Assembly (NCBI GenBank): GCA_046758965.1 | Contig: JBHIBG010000057.1 | Location: 1-17,376 of the forward strand | Direction of reading: 5' to 3' | DNA: 17,376 nucleotides | Source: Candidatus Methylomirabilia bacterium | GTDB taxonomy: Bacteria; Methylomirabilota; Methylomirabilia; Rokubacteriales; CSP1-6 | Shown: positions 1 to 7,746 of the stretch, in pieces | Layout of the letters: the number at the start of each line of letters is the position of its first letter | Numbering within the stretch: position 1 is the stretch's first letter | Notes under the pieces: generated by a model | The model's database searches: none | Told to the model about the DNA's origin: nothing | What the model saw: only the letters and a program-made list of their open reading frames with translations | Made by a program: the position numbers and the translations under genes

Positions 1-2
1 GT

Positions 3-473
3 GCTCCCGGTTCTCCCGGTGCCCCTGGCGTGCCTCGGGCTTGGGCTGCCCCTGGCGCTTGGGGCGCTCCTACCGCTTGGGGCACGATTGGGTCTTCGCC
101 CCTTATGCGGCCGTCCCTCGGGGACTTCAGCGTCGCGGCCAACCTCGAGGACATCCACTTCGACTTCGACAGGTATAGCATTCGCCCACGAGAGGCCAGG
201 GTCCTGGATGAGAACGCCAAGTGGATGAAGGCCAACCCGGACTACGTGATCCTCGTCGAAGGGCACGCTGACGAGCGGGGGACGAACGAGTACAACCTGG
301 CCCTCGGCGAGCGCCGAGCCAAGTCGACGATGAACTACCTCTTGGCTCAGGGTGTGGCCGCTGATCGGATCATCATCATCAGCTACGGCGAGGAGCGCCC
401 GGCCTGCACGAGGAAGAGTGAAATGTGCTGGGCCAAGAACCGCCGGGCTCATTTCGCGGTCAGGGCTCTCTAG
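3..473 (+). CDS. pal: Peptidoglycan-associated lipoprotein (OmpA-like C-terminal domain), 5' end outside the window
   Basis: Frame is open from nt 3. An Ala/Pro/Gly-rich linker (APGSPGAPG..APGAWGAP) precedes IHFDFD...EGHADERGTNEYNLALGERRA...SYGEERP...WAKNRRA, the canonical Pal motifs. Confidence 0.93.
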   Translation, partial: APGSPGAPGVPRAWAAPGAWGAPTAWGTIGSSPLMRPSLGDFSVAANLEDIHFDFDRYSIRPREARVLDENAKWMKANPDYVILVEGHADERGTNEYNLALGERRAKSTMNYLLAQGVAADRIIIISYGEERPACTRKSEMCWAKNRRAHFAVRAL

Positions 474-612
474 ACTCGAACGATCTTCGAGCCCGAGATA
501 CGGGAGCTCCTCCGCATCGCCGCGTGGAGCTTGCCGCTGGGGACGTTGTCAGTCTCCCCCGGCGGTTGGACGGTTAGACTCTGGATGGGGGCATATGCCC
601 CCGCCGGACCCG

Positions 613-1005
613 CTATCTCCGCATGGTTCTCCGAATGAGGCGCAGGATGAGCTCCCGGTTTTTCCATACGAGGACCCCACCTCCGATCGCCGCCCCCGCG
701 ACTCCAGAAAGCGTGAGCAGCTTCCATCGTCCCCGAACCTTCCGTTTCGGGGAGATCCGGTAGTTATCCTCAAACCATACGCCGTCAATCGCCCCGGAGC
801 TGAGGAGAGAGCTCACGACCTCTCGGATTGGCCGCCCGTCTCTGGTGATGCTCGCATCCCACGGGTCGCGCTTGCATCCCCACTGACACCTATTTGCCCT
901 TGTGTGATGTCGGCATTCGAGGGCAGACTCACCCCGTACCGCGCGGAGCTCATCTCCACGGAGATCAGGATACTCGCCATGGACCTCTCGATCTTCGCCG
1001 TTCAT
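613..1005 (-). CDS. Hypothetical protein with C-terminal hydrophobic segment; start uncertain, possibly frameshifted
   Basis: 130-aa ORF ending in WKLLTLSGVAGAAIGGGVLVW plus a basic tail. An alternative ATG at 980 with a GAGAGG SD is in another frame. No family recognised. Confidence 0.35.
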   Translation of the reverse strand: MNGEDREVHGEYPDLRGDELRAVRGESALECRHHTRANRCQWGCKRDPWDASITRDGRPIREVVSSLLSSGAIDGVWFEDNYRISPKRKVRGRWKLLTLSGVAGAAIGGGVLVWKNRELILRLIRRTMRR

Positions 1006-1065
1006 CGGTCTTTCTTCTATTATAGTCGTGCCGACAAGGCGCCTATCATTTCCTGAACAGTCAGT

Positions 1066-1381
1066 CGGGAAGCTCCCGACAGGGGCCGGGTAGCGGAAGC
1101 CGTCCTCGGCATCGGCGCGACAGCACTCGTCGCTTCCGTAGGAGGCGCGATAGAGGCGTCCTTCACGCGGCGGGGTGTTACCCCAGGGATACCGGCGTCC
1201 ATCGCCCGCCCCCGCAGCCCGCTCCCACTCCGCCCTCCCAGTGCCAGCCGACGCCGGAGCGCTGCGGATCGGTACGATAGCCGGTCGCTGCTACGAAGGC
1301 GGCGAACTCGGCGTTGGTAGTCTCGTGCCGGTCGATGAGAACCCCGCCGACGTCGACCATCTCTGGAGAAAACTTCTCCAT
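1066..1381 (-). pseudogene. Formylglycine-generating enzyme (SUMF1/FGE-sulfatase) family relic, internally deleted and truncated
   Basis: One frame gives IDRHETTNAEFAAFVAATGYRTD..GWHW. From 1233 a second frame gives AEWERAAGAGDGRRYPWGN...DGFRYPAPVGSFP. The HPV/RLPT middle and the C-terminal core are missing. Confidence 0.8.
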
Positions 1382-1523
1382 CACTTTTATGATCCGTTTC
1401 CAACGGTGGAGCATTTTCGAGAGGTTGACGTTGCCCCCGTACCTGGGAATACTGTGTAGAGCATGACCGTTCCTGCGAGGAGTTTGCCGAGGCCTCCCAA
1501 CCCGCCCCGATTATGCAGAGGTT

Positions 1524-1554
1524 TGTCAGGCTGGCAATCCCTGCCAGTCTGGCG
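1524..1554. promoter_or_regulatory. Pair of dyad sites, candidate enhancer for a sigma54 activator
   Basis: TGTCAGGCTGGCA (1524-1536) and TGCCAGTCTGGCG (1542-1554) are related near-palindromes about 85-115 bp upstream of the sigma54 motif at 1636. Confidence 0.5.
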
Positions 1555-1635
1555 CTTGGCAAGCCCACGTCTTGAAGTTGGGAATCGGGAATATTGATAA
1601 CCTCCTGAGGTCTTAGTCTGGTTTCCTTTGCTATC

Positions 1636-1652
1636 TTGGCATCCGACCTGCA
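1636..1652 (+). promoter_or_regulatory. Sigma54 -24/-12 promoter of the PilZ gene
   Basis: TTGGCATCCGACCTGCA has GG-N10-GC (GG 1638-39, GC 1650-51), about 70 bp upstream of the ATG at 1720. Confidence 0.65.
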
Positions 1653-1719
1653 CTCGGACGTCAGGCATGAGGCATCTCAGCTCTTCAGACATGACCCACG
1701 GTGACCCGAATCTGAGGCG

Positions 1720-2298
1720 ATGAACGAGCCAGATGGAGCTTCTTTAGCAGAAGCCGTGCGGGCTAAGCTCGTTCACGCTCGGGCGGTCTTGGAGAACTGG
1801 GGGCGGCACGTGGAGTCCGAATCCACCCCCATGGAATGGCACAAGGGGTACGCGAAGGCCTTAGAAGAGGTGCTTGATCTGGACGGCTGCTCCCTGAGGC
1901 GGTATCCGCGTTGGGAGGCCAACATCTCTGCGGAGATTAGTCGAATGGTTCGATCGCCTTTCAGCCAGCAAAAGGGAGCCCATGGGCAGATCGCGGATTT
2001 GAGTGTCAGAGGGTGTCGCCTCGTTACACCCATGGACCTCTCGGTGGGCGCCGTCATCGGGCTTTCCTTTAGGCTTCCCGAGAAGAGCACGACAGTCACC
2101 CTACACGGATTGATTTGTCGAATCCAGCGTGTTGACAAGGGATACATGGCGGCGGTGGAATTCATAGGACTCCCCGAGCATGTTGCCGGGGCGTTAGGAG
2201 TCACGCTTGCCCCCGGGCCTTGTTCGCCCTTAGTGAATCCTGAGGGCAGCGAGGACCGGAAGGAAGGTAACGGCGAAAAATCATTACCCAGAGAGTAA
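1720..2298 (+). CDS. PilZ-domain (c-di-GMP-binding) protein
   Basis: RRYPR (RxxxR) and DLSVRG (D/NxSxxG) motifs followed by a beta-barrel-type sequence. GAGG SD before the ATG. Confidence 0.88.
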   Translation: MNEPDGASLAEAVRAKLVHARAVLENWGRHVESESTPMEWHKGYAKALEEVLDLDGCSLRRYPRWEANISAEISRMVRSPFSQQKGAHGQIADLSVRGCRLVTPMDLSVGAVIGLSFRLPEKSTTVTLHGLICRIQRVDKGYMAAVEFIGLPEHVAGALGVTLAPGPCSPLVNPEGSEDRKEGNGEKSLPRE

Positions 2299-2799
2299 CT
2301 CCGACTTGGCGCTGGAGCTGACGCGCTACCGCAAGATGGAGGCGCACCGGCCGCTGGCGGGTCCCCGGGCAGCTTCTTGACGCCCCTCGTCGAAACATGG
2401 GTCAGGCCCTCGCCGCGGCCAGGCAGGAAGATTCTTGGAGCGTTTCCCGACACGCTCGCGCTAGAAGGAGCGGTCAGCAGTGAACGAGATCATCACGGCA
2501 TCTCAGGCAGCAGCACTGCTCAAGATGCACGTAACACCCATCCCTAGATTCGCAGAGGCCGGACTGACTCCTGGAAAGAGAATCCGGCGCCCAACTGGCC
2601 CTTCAGGACAAAGAAGGTTTTGGAGTCAGTGACGGCGCAGAGACAACGAACAAAAGGTAGAAGGCAGTTTGCCAGAAGAAAGCGGGACCGTCATGATCAA
2701 TCGCCATGCCCCACTTTGATTCCTCCCAACTCTTGAACCGTTCAGTCGGACTTGCCGTCATCTCTGGGCAGTGAGGAACGGGCGTCGGGGCCACGTCAC

Positions 2800-3074
<275 letters not shown>

Positions 3075-3086
3075 ACCGATGGTGAT

Positions 3087-3116
3087 ACCATACCTGTGCT
3101 CGTCGCACGCTGTCAA
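3087..3116 (-). promoter_or_regulatory. Sigma70 promoter of tRNA-Ala
   Basis: TTGACA-N18-TATGGT on the minus strand, just upstream of the tRNA 5' end. Confidence 0.7.
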
Positions 3117-3129
3117 GGCGCGCAGAGAC

Positions 3130-3159
3130 TTGCGGCGTTCGGTCGGGCTTCGTTACACT
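3130..3159 (+). promoter_or_regulatory. Sigma70 promoter of tRNA-Leu
   Basis: TTGCGG-N18-TACACT, ending 13 nt before the tRNA 5' end. Confidence 0.55.
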
Positions 3160-3172
3160 CGAGAAGTTGGGC

Positions 3173-3259
3173 GGGGATGTGGCGAAACCGGCATACGCGA
3201 AGGTCTCAAAAACCTTTGGGGTCGCCCCCGTGAGGGTTCGAGTCCCTCCATCCCCACCA
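3173..3259 (+). tRNA. tRNA-Leu(CAA)
   Basis: Acceptor GGGGATG/CATCCCC-A-CCA, anticodon arm AAGGT-CTCAAAA-ACCTT, long variable arm GGGGTCGCCCC, GTTCGAGT T-loop; 87 nt. Confidence 0.97.
3200..3259 (+). repeat. att direct repeat (within intact tRNA-Leu)
   Basis: AAGGTCTCAAAAACCTTTGGGGTCGCCCCCGTGAGGGTTCGAGTCCCTCCATCCCCACCA, identical to 17214-17273. Confidence 0.95.
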
Positions 3260-3324
3260 AATGAATTCAACCGGTTGCGCCGTGGCTCCGTCCCCGTCAA
3301 CCCTTGAACAAGCCCGCGACTTGG

Positions 3325-3640
3325 CTAGAACTGGACTAGTTCTCCTCCTGAGGCCGTCTGGACGGGGACTGCCGTGCGCCCAGTATCGGCCTCACTCTCG
3401 TAGCGCCCTGCCAGCTTCTTGACGCCCTCCGTGAGGTCGGCCTCAGAGACGTTCGGATACCTTCGGGAGATACTTTCGGTCCGGTGTCCAATCAGCTTCA
3501 TGGCCACGGACCGCGCCACTCTGGATCTCTCCAGGGTTCGACCGGCGGTGGGGCGGAAAGTCGTGGGGCGCCCTCCCCGCCAGCCCGGCACGGGTGCGCG
3601 GGCTCTGCCAAGCACGCCGGGGATCCCGTTTCGGCGGAAT
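3325..3640 (-). pseudogene. Tyrosine recombinase/integrase, C-terminal remnant with frameshift
   Basis: RRAW..RTRAGLAGRAPHDF, a one-base shift near 3557-3559, then RPTAGRTLERSRVARSVAMKLIGHRTESISRRY..VSEADL. This is box II (HxxR...GH...Y). The N-terminal portion is absent. Confidence 0.88.
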
Positions 3641-3807
3641 ACGTCGGGAATGATCCGTCCTGTCGTGTTTCACGATCACAGGACCGCGGCCCTCATGGTG
3701 GTCCTGATAAGAAGGGCCACCCATCCCAACAGCTCCGGTGAGCCCCTCCGCCACCAGGGCCGGAGGGGAGAACCGAACGAGGCTCGGAGTGAGGAGCAAG
3801 AGAACGA

Positions 3808-3893
3808 ACCTGGTGAATCACGCCAAACAAAGTGACGGCCAACTGCCGGCTAGCAAACGCGAATCGCTATCACCTTGATGCGCAACACCATTA
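3808..3893 (+). repeat. Long imperfect inverted repeat, left copy
   Basis: ACCTGGTGAATCACGCCAAACAAAGTGACGGCCAACTGCCGGCTAGCAAACGCGAATCGCTATCACCTTGATGCGCAACACCATTA matches the reverse complement of 16797-16883 with 8 mismatches and 1 indel by hand alignment. Confidence 0.93.
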
Positions 3894-4684
3894 GGTGAGA
3901 GCAAGGAGGAAGCCCCAGAGGGTCAAACAGGAGAGCAAGTACGCGAGGCGCCAGGCGAACGGGGACCACTCCGTGAGCACGTTCACCCCGAGCTGAGCCC
4001 CGACCGTACTCCCCGCCCCAACATGCGCTGCGAGCGGGAAATTCACCTGACCATGGTGCAGGAACCAGAGTGAGCTGGATAAGGTCACGGGGAGATCCGC
4101 TGCCTGGGCCGCCGCCAGGGCTACGGGCACGGACGCGCCAGACTCACCGGTCAAGAATGGAACGAAGACGAGACCCGCGCCGACTCCGAGTGATCTCGAG
4201 ACTCCCCCTGCGAAGAGGGCGCTGATGATGGCTTTACTCCGCCAGGCGCCGGAGACGGCGGCCGATGGCCACGCGCGAGATCGCCTGGTCTCGGCCTCCT
4301 GCGCGGAGGAGGACGCAGCCCCCACACGATTCAGCAGAGCATAGCCAGCGCTGCCGATCAGTAGGATCGCCAGCAGATAGGGAAACCTAGCCGGAGTTGT
4401 AGCGGGGAGCACCAGCGAACTGAATATGCTTCCTGCGGTTCCCGCCCAGGCCAACGGGTGGATGGGCCGAAAGGCGGTCCGGTAACCCTGCAGAAGCGTG
4501 GTCGTACACGACAGCCCTGTGACAAACTCGATAGTTAGCGCAGTGCCCAGGGCCTGGCCAGCGGGAGATGGTAGCGGAACAGCAGAATCGGGGCCAGGAA
4601 TGGCGCTGCTCCAATCCCGAGGGACGTTCCCACGAGGCCAATGGTCAGGCCCAAGAGCACCGTCATCAGATGTTCGAGAATCAC
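3891..4684 (-). pseudogene. TauE/SafE-family (sulfite exporter-type) membrane protein, 1-nt frameshift
   Basis: GTG at 4684 after a GAGGA SD gives ILEHLMTVLLGLTIGLVGTSLGIGAAPFLAPILL. The frame shifts near 4556, then QALGTAL...GGVSRSLGVGAGLVFVPFL...GSTVGAQLG. Two internal repeats of the TauE G-x-G-x-G..P motif. Confidence 0.72.
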
Positions 4685-4765
4685 ACGACATCCTCTCTGC
4701 GGGAAGGACGTGCGCGCCGCTTCTCCTGGTGCGCATTTCCCCGGTTACTCGAACCCATGGGGTTC

Positions 4766-5044
4766 TTACTCCAGGCGATTCAAGAATTCTTCAACAATGG
4801 CCCGTGGATCAGCCTGATCCTCAGCGCGAGATCCCTCCGAATCGTCAGCCGCGGTGAGTTCGACCAGACACGCTGGCCCCTGACCGATCTCGCCGTTCCG
4901 ATCAGCAGTCACGAGCATGCGGATCTCATATCCGGCTTCTGTCAGGCGACGAAGCGCCTGACTGACTGGGTTCACGGCCTCAACGAAGGCCTGCAGCGCC
5001 TGAGCGAGCTCGCCCAGCGTGCCGCGCACGACGTGCTCATCCAT
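4766..5044 (-). CDS. Hypothetical protein (92 aa)
   Basis: ATG at 5044 after GAGGGG; helical, acidic product MDEHVVRGTLGELAQALQAFVEAV...; co-oriented with the TauE gene. Confidence 0.6.
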   Translation of the reverse strand: MDEHVVRGTLGELAQALQAFVEAVNPVSQALRRLTEAGYEIRMLVTADRNGEIGQGPACLVELTAADDSEGSRAEDQADPRAIVEEFLNRLE

Positions 5045-5202
5045 GGGGTGGCCCCTCGAGCGAAAGAGTCGTTTTGCCCGCAGTGGAACGGTCTGTTGAG
5101 TTACAGTTCTGCATTCCCTGTGGCAGTGGGGAAAACCCGAAAAAAGTCTTGGCCTTTTCGCGGGAAGCTTTAGCCTTCGGTTGGCGGGGTTTCTCGCTGG
5201 CG

Positions 5203-5217
5203 TGCAAATCCTGCAGC
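5203..5217. promoter_or_regulatory. Candidate enhancer site TGCA-N5-TGCA
   Basis: TGCAAATCCTGCAGC is identical to 10608-10622, and both are intergenic with CGCTGGC just upstream. Confidence 0.6.
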
Positions 5218-5347
5218 TCATCGGAACGGCGAAGCCGCTGACCCCGACGGCGCAGCGATTTCGGCAAGTCTCCTCGGGCTCGTTGGTGAAACCACGTGAG
5301 CTGGCCTCCACCTGCTGAAGCGGACACCTCTGGAGTTAGCCCGGACC

Positions 5348-5360
5348 TGCAATTTTTGCG
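5348..5360. promoter_or_regulatory. Candidate enhancer site TGCA-N5-TGCG
   Basis: TGCAATTTTTGCG, a variant of the same dyad, upstream of the sigma54 motifs at 5407-5441. Confidence 0.5.
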
Positions 5361-5406
5361 GCCCAGGATCCAATAACCGTTGATCGAAAGTTCGTTCTTC
5401 GAAATT

Positions 5407-5441
5407 TGGCGCGAGGATAGCTTCCTGGTACGCGGAATGCT
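5407..5441 (+). promoter_or_regulatory. Two tandem sigma54 -24/-12 motifs
   Basis: TGGCGCGAGGATAGCT (GG 5408-09, GC 5420-21) and TGGTACGCGGAATGCT (GG 5427-28, GC 5439-40), both GG-N10-GC, 19 bp apart. Confidence 0.6.
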
Positions 5442-5544
5442 TCCCGCCTAAAGAGAACATCGCGTGAAGGTGAAGGTCAGCGCGGGCATGGGAGTTGCGC
5501 TTACGGGCCCCCGGTCGGTGGATGACCGCGAGGAGGCGTCAGGC

Positions 5545-5766
5545 ATGCGGGGGGAAGAGCGATCGAAGTTCCGTCACATCACGGACTTGGATACTCTTGC
5601 GAGAAGAGCCCGGGCCTTGGAGAGCCTCGGTGTCTTCGACGAGGCGCTGGCGGAGTGGCGGGCGGTTCTCCGGATTGATCCGGACTACCTCCCCGCCTGG
5701 GAAGCGTCCACGCGGATTCTCAGGAGGCTCCGAGCCGAGGCGCAGCGGGATGGGAAAGCCCACTGA
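5545..5766 (+). CDS. Small TPR-like protein
   Basis: AGGAGG SD at 5531-5536 and ATG at 5545. RARALESLGVFDEALAEWRAVLRIDPDYLPAW fits a TPR consensus. Confidence 0.75.
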   Translation: MRGEERSKFRHITDLDTLARRARALESLGVFDEALAEWRAVLRIDPDYLPAWEASTRILRRLRAEAQRDGKAH

Positions 5767-5798
5767 CACTTGCCTGTCCCGATCGCCTGAGTTCGGGA

Positions 5799-6974
5799 GT
5801 GTACTTCGTCGAGAGGAGGCCTGAATTGGCGTTACCCCAACGGGTCCTCACAGAGCAGGAAGCGATCTCGGTCCATCTCAGGTATCTCGCGAACCACCTC
5901 GGGCCCCGACCCGTCGGGAGCGATGCGCTATCTCGGGCGCGGTGGTACATTGTCGATACGCTGAAGCGCCTCGGCTTCTCGCCAGAAATGCAGGCCTTTC
6001 CGACGAAGGTTCCGCTCAACGCGCACAGCCAACTTCTCACCAAGGACGGACGATCGATTCCCTGCCGGCCTGTGATCGGGTCGCTCCCGACTCTGGGGCC
6101 GCTGCGCGGCATCCCGCGCCATCTTTCCACCGGCGAGCGACCGGAGTTCGAGCCTCCCTTCGCGTTTGCGCTCTCACCGTTGGGGTTCGGTAGCGAAGGG
6201 CATGCGGTCGCCGCAGCAGCCCGGCGGGGTGCCACGGCTGCCCTCCTGTACCGGGAGCAGGTCCCCGAACTCTACTCTGCGGTGATTGCGGAGCGGGCGG
6301 TGGCAGTTCCCTGCGTCACAATCCGTCCGGCTGACGCCCTCCAACTTGCCCGGGAGGCGGTGGAAATCGAGCTAACCGTAGAGGCCGAGCCGACCGACGT
6401 CCTCGCAGAGAACATCATGGTTGACATCGGCAAGGGTGGGCGAGCGCTGCTCCTACTGGCTCACTACGATACCCGCCCGGGGTCCCCGGGCGCGTACCTG
6501 AACGCCTCGGGTGTCGCTGCATTGCTGGAGTTGGTGGCTCGGCTGAAGCAGTGGCGGGGGCGCCGGATCCTCGTTGGGTTTCTCGACGGGGAGGAGATCG
6601 GCGCCGCTGGCTCCCGTCACTGCCGGGAGGTGCTGGAGGCCATGGGACTTCTCGCAGGCATCCAAGGCGTGGTGTACGTGTCGGGACTTGGCCTCCGGGC
6701 ACTCTCGGTCCTCCCGGGAACCCGCCCAGCTCGCTCGAGGCTGGTCGAGCGAGCTGGGCGCTACGCCGCCGAGGAGGGTATGCAGCGTTCCCCCCACTCT
6801 CTCCTGGCCGCAGAACAATCAGTTCCGACGAGGATCTGGAACTGTCCGGTGATCGGGATGACAGGGCCATCGCTGGCCGTCCAGCACACGGCGCTGGATC
6901 GTCCCCATCTCCTGCACCCGCGGTTTATTTCCAGAGCCGTGTCGGTGCTCGAGCGCCTGGTACAAACCTTTTAA
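5799..6974 (+). CDS. M28-family peptidase-like protein with PA-like insert, active site degenerate
   Basis: NIMVDI..LLLAHYDT..PGAYLNASGVAALLEL..FLDGEEIGAAGS..QHTALD follows the M28 scaffold. AARRGATAALLY and PCVTI are PA-domain motifs. Confidence 0.82.
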   Translation: MYFVERRPELALPQRVLTEQEAISVHLRYLANHLGPRPVGSDALSRARWYIVDTLKRLGFSPEMQAFPTKVPLNAHSQLLTKDGRSIPCRPVIGSLPTLGPLRGIPRHLSTGERPEFEPPFAFALSPLGFGSEGHAVAAAARRGATAALLYREQVPELYSAVIAERAVAVPCVTIRPADALQLAREAVEIELTVEAEPTDVLAENIMVDIGKGGRALLLLAHYDTRPGSPGAYLNASGVAALLELVARLKQWRGRRILVGFLDGEEIGAAGSRHCREVLEAMGLLAGIQGVVYVSGLGLRALSVLPGTRPARSRLVERAGRYAAEEGMQRSPHSLLAAEQSVPTRIWNCPVIGMTGPSLAVQHTALDRPHLLHPRFISRAVSVLERLVQTF

Positions 6975-7007
6975 GGCGCGCAGTGCTGGGAGACGGGGCT
7001 TGTAGAA

Positions 7008-7520
7008 ATGATGGAGTTTTATCAGGACGAAGCCGCTAAGCTCGAGCAGGCCGGGAAAGGGGCCCTCGGGGCTCAATTCCCCTGGCACATAGAACTCCGG
7101 GTGCTTCGGGAGAATCGCCGGGCCTTCTTCCCGGTCGCCCTCGCGGGAACGAAGATCGTCGGCATGGCCCTTGCTGAGTTGCGGAAGGATGAGTACAAGC
7201 TGGTCGGGATTGTTCGCCTCGTGGTGTCCTTCGTGGGGGAGGGAATGGTGGACCGGTCTGTGAAGTTGGGCCTTTTGTCCCGGCTCGAGCAGAAATTCAA
7301 GGACTTACACGCAGACGAGATCGAATTGCCAGGGGATCAAGACCTAAATTTCCTTGTCATCCTAGAACGGGCGGGCTACCGGATGGAGGTGCATGGCGGC
7401 GACCCCCCCGATTGCAATGGGCTCACTCGCCGGCGGCTCGTGAAGCCGCTCGGGTCAGCCTCGCCCCCGCGGGCGGGCCGTTCCGCCCCTGGCCAGGCCG
7501 GACCAAGGGTGGTACAGTAA
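7008..7520 (+). CDS. Hypothetical protein, GNAT-like fold
   Basis: FFPVALAGTKIVGMA...GLLSRLEQKFKDLHADEIEL...LERAGYR follows the GNAT pattern, but the R/QxxGxG acetyl-CoA motif is not evident. Confidence 0.55.
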   Translation: MMEFYQDEAAKLEQAGKGALGAQFPWHIELRVLRENRRAFFPVALAGTKIVGMALAELRKDEYKLVGIVRLVVSFVGEGMVDRSVKLGLLSRLEQKFKDLHADEIELPGDQDLNFLVILERAGYRMEVHGGDPPDCNGLTRRRLVKPLGSASPPRAGRSAPGQAGPRVVQ

Positions 7521-7733
7521 AGGGCCCGGGGGCGGATCCGGTTGATTTCAAACGGATTTGGAGTTATCTCCAGCTCGGACGGGCGAGGCCCAGTCGTCTT
7601 CGGGCAGGAGGATGTTATCGAGGACTCGTTCGAGTCGCTCCGTCCGCGACAACTGGTCGAGTACACACCGGTGAAAACTCCAAAGGGGTGGAGGGCAACG
7701 CGGGTGCGGGTGGTGCCGCACGGTCCCCCCTAA
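7521..7733 (+). CDS. Divergent cold-shock-domain protein; start unclear (in frame behind the TAA at 7518-7520; TTG at 7542 possible)
   Basis: RARGRIRLISNGFGVISSSDGRGPVVFGQEDVIEDSFESLRPRQLVEYTPVKTPKGWRATRV aligns by eye with the CSD pattern G.VK..KGFGFI..DG..VF....F..L..GQ.VEF....KG..A..V. Confidence 0.7.
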   Translation, partial: RARGRIRLISNGFGVISSSDGRGPVVFGQEDVIEDSFESLRPRQLVEYTPVKTPKGWRATRVRVVPHGPP

Positions 7734-7746
7734 AGGCCGACTGACG

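Noticed and set aside
1..84. Short repeats (GCCCCTGGCG, GCTTGGG) as a CRISPR or other DNA repeat
   Set aside because: They encode the low-complexity Ala/Pro/Gly linker of Pal, with no spacer structure.
2300..2794. Short ORFs between the PilZ gene and the recombinase remnant
   Set aside because: No recognisable motif or convincing start; probably gene debris.
3808..3893. Inverted repeat as an integron attC, dif site or c-di-GMP riboswitch
   Set aside because: No clean RYYYAAC/GTTRRRY ends with a full hairpin, no 11-6-11 dif match, and no recognisable GEMM architecture. Only two copies, in inverted orientation.
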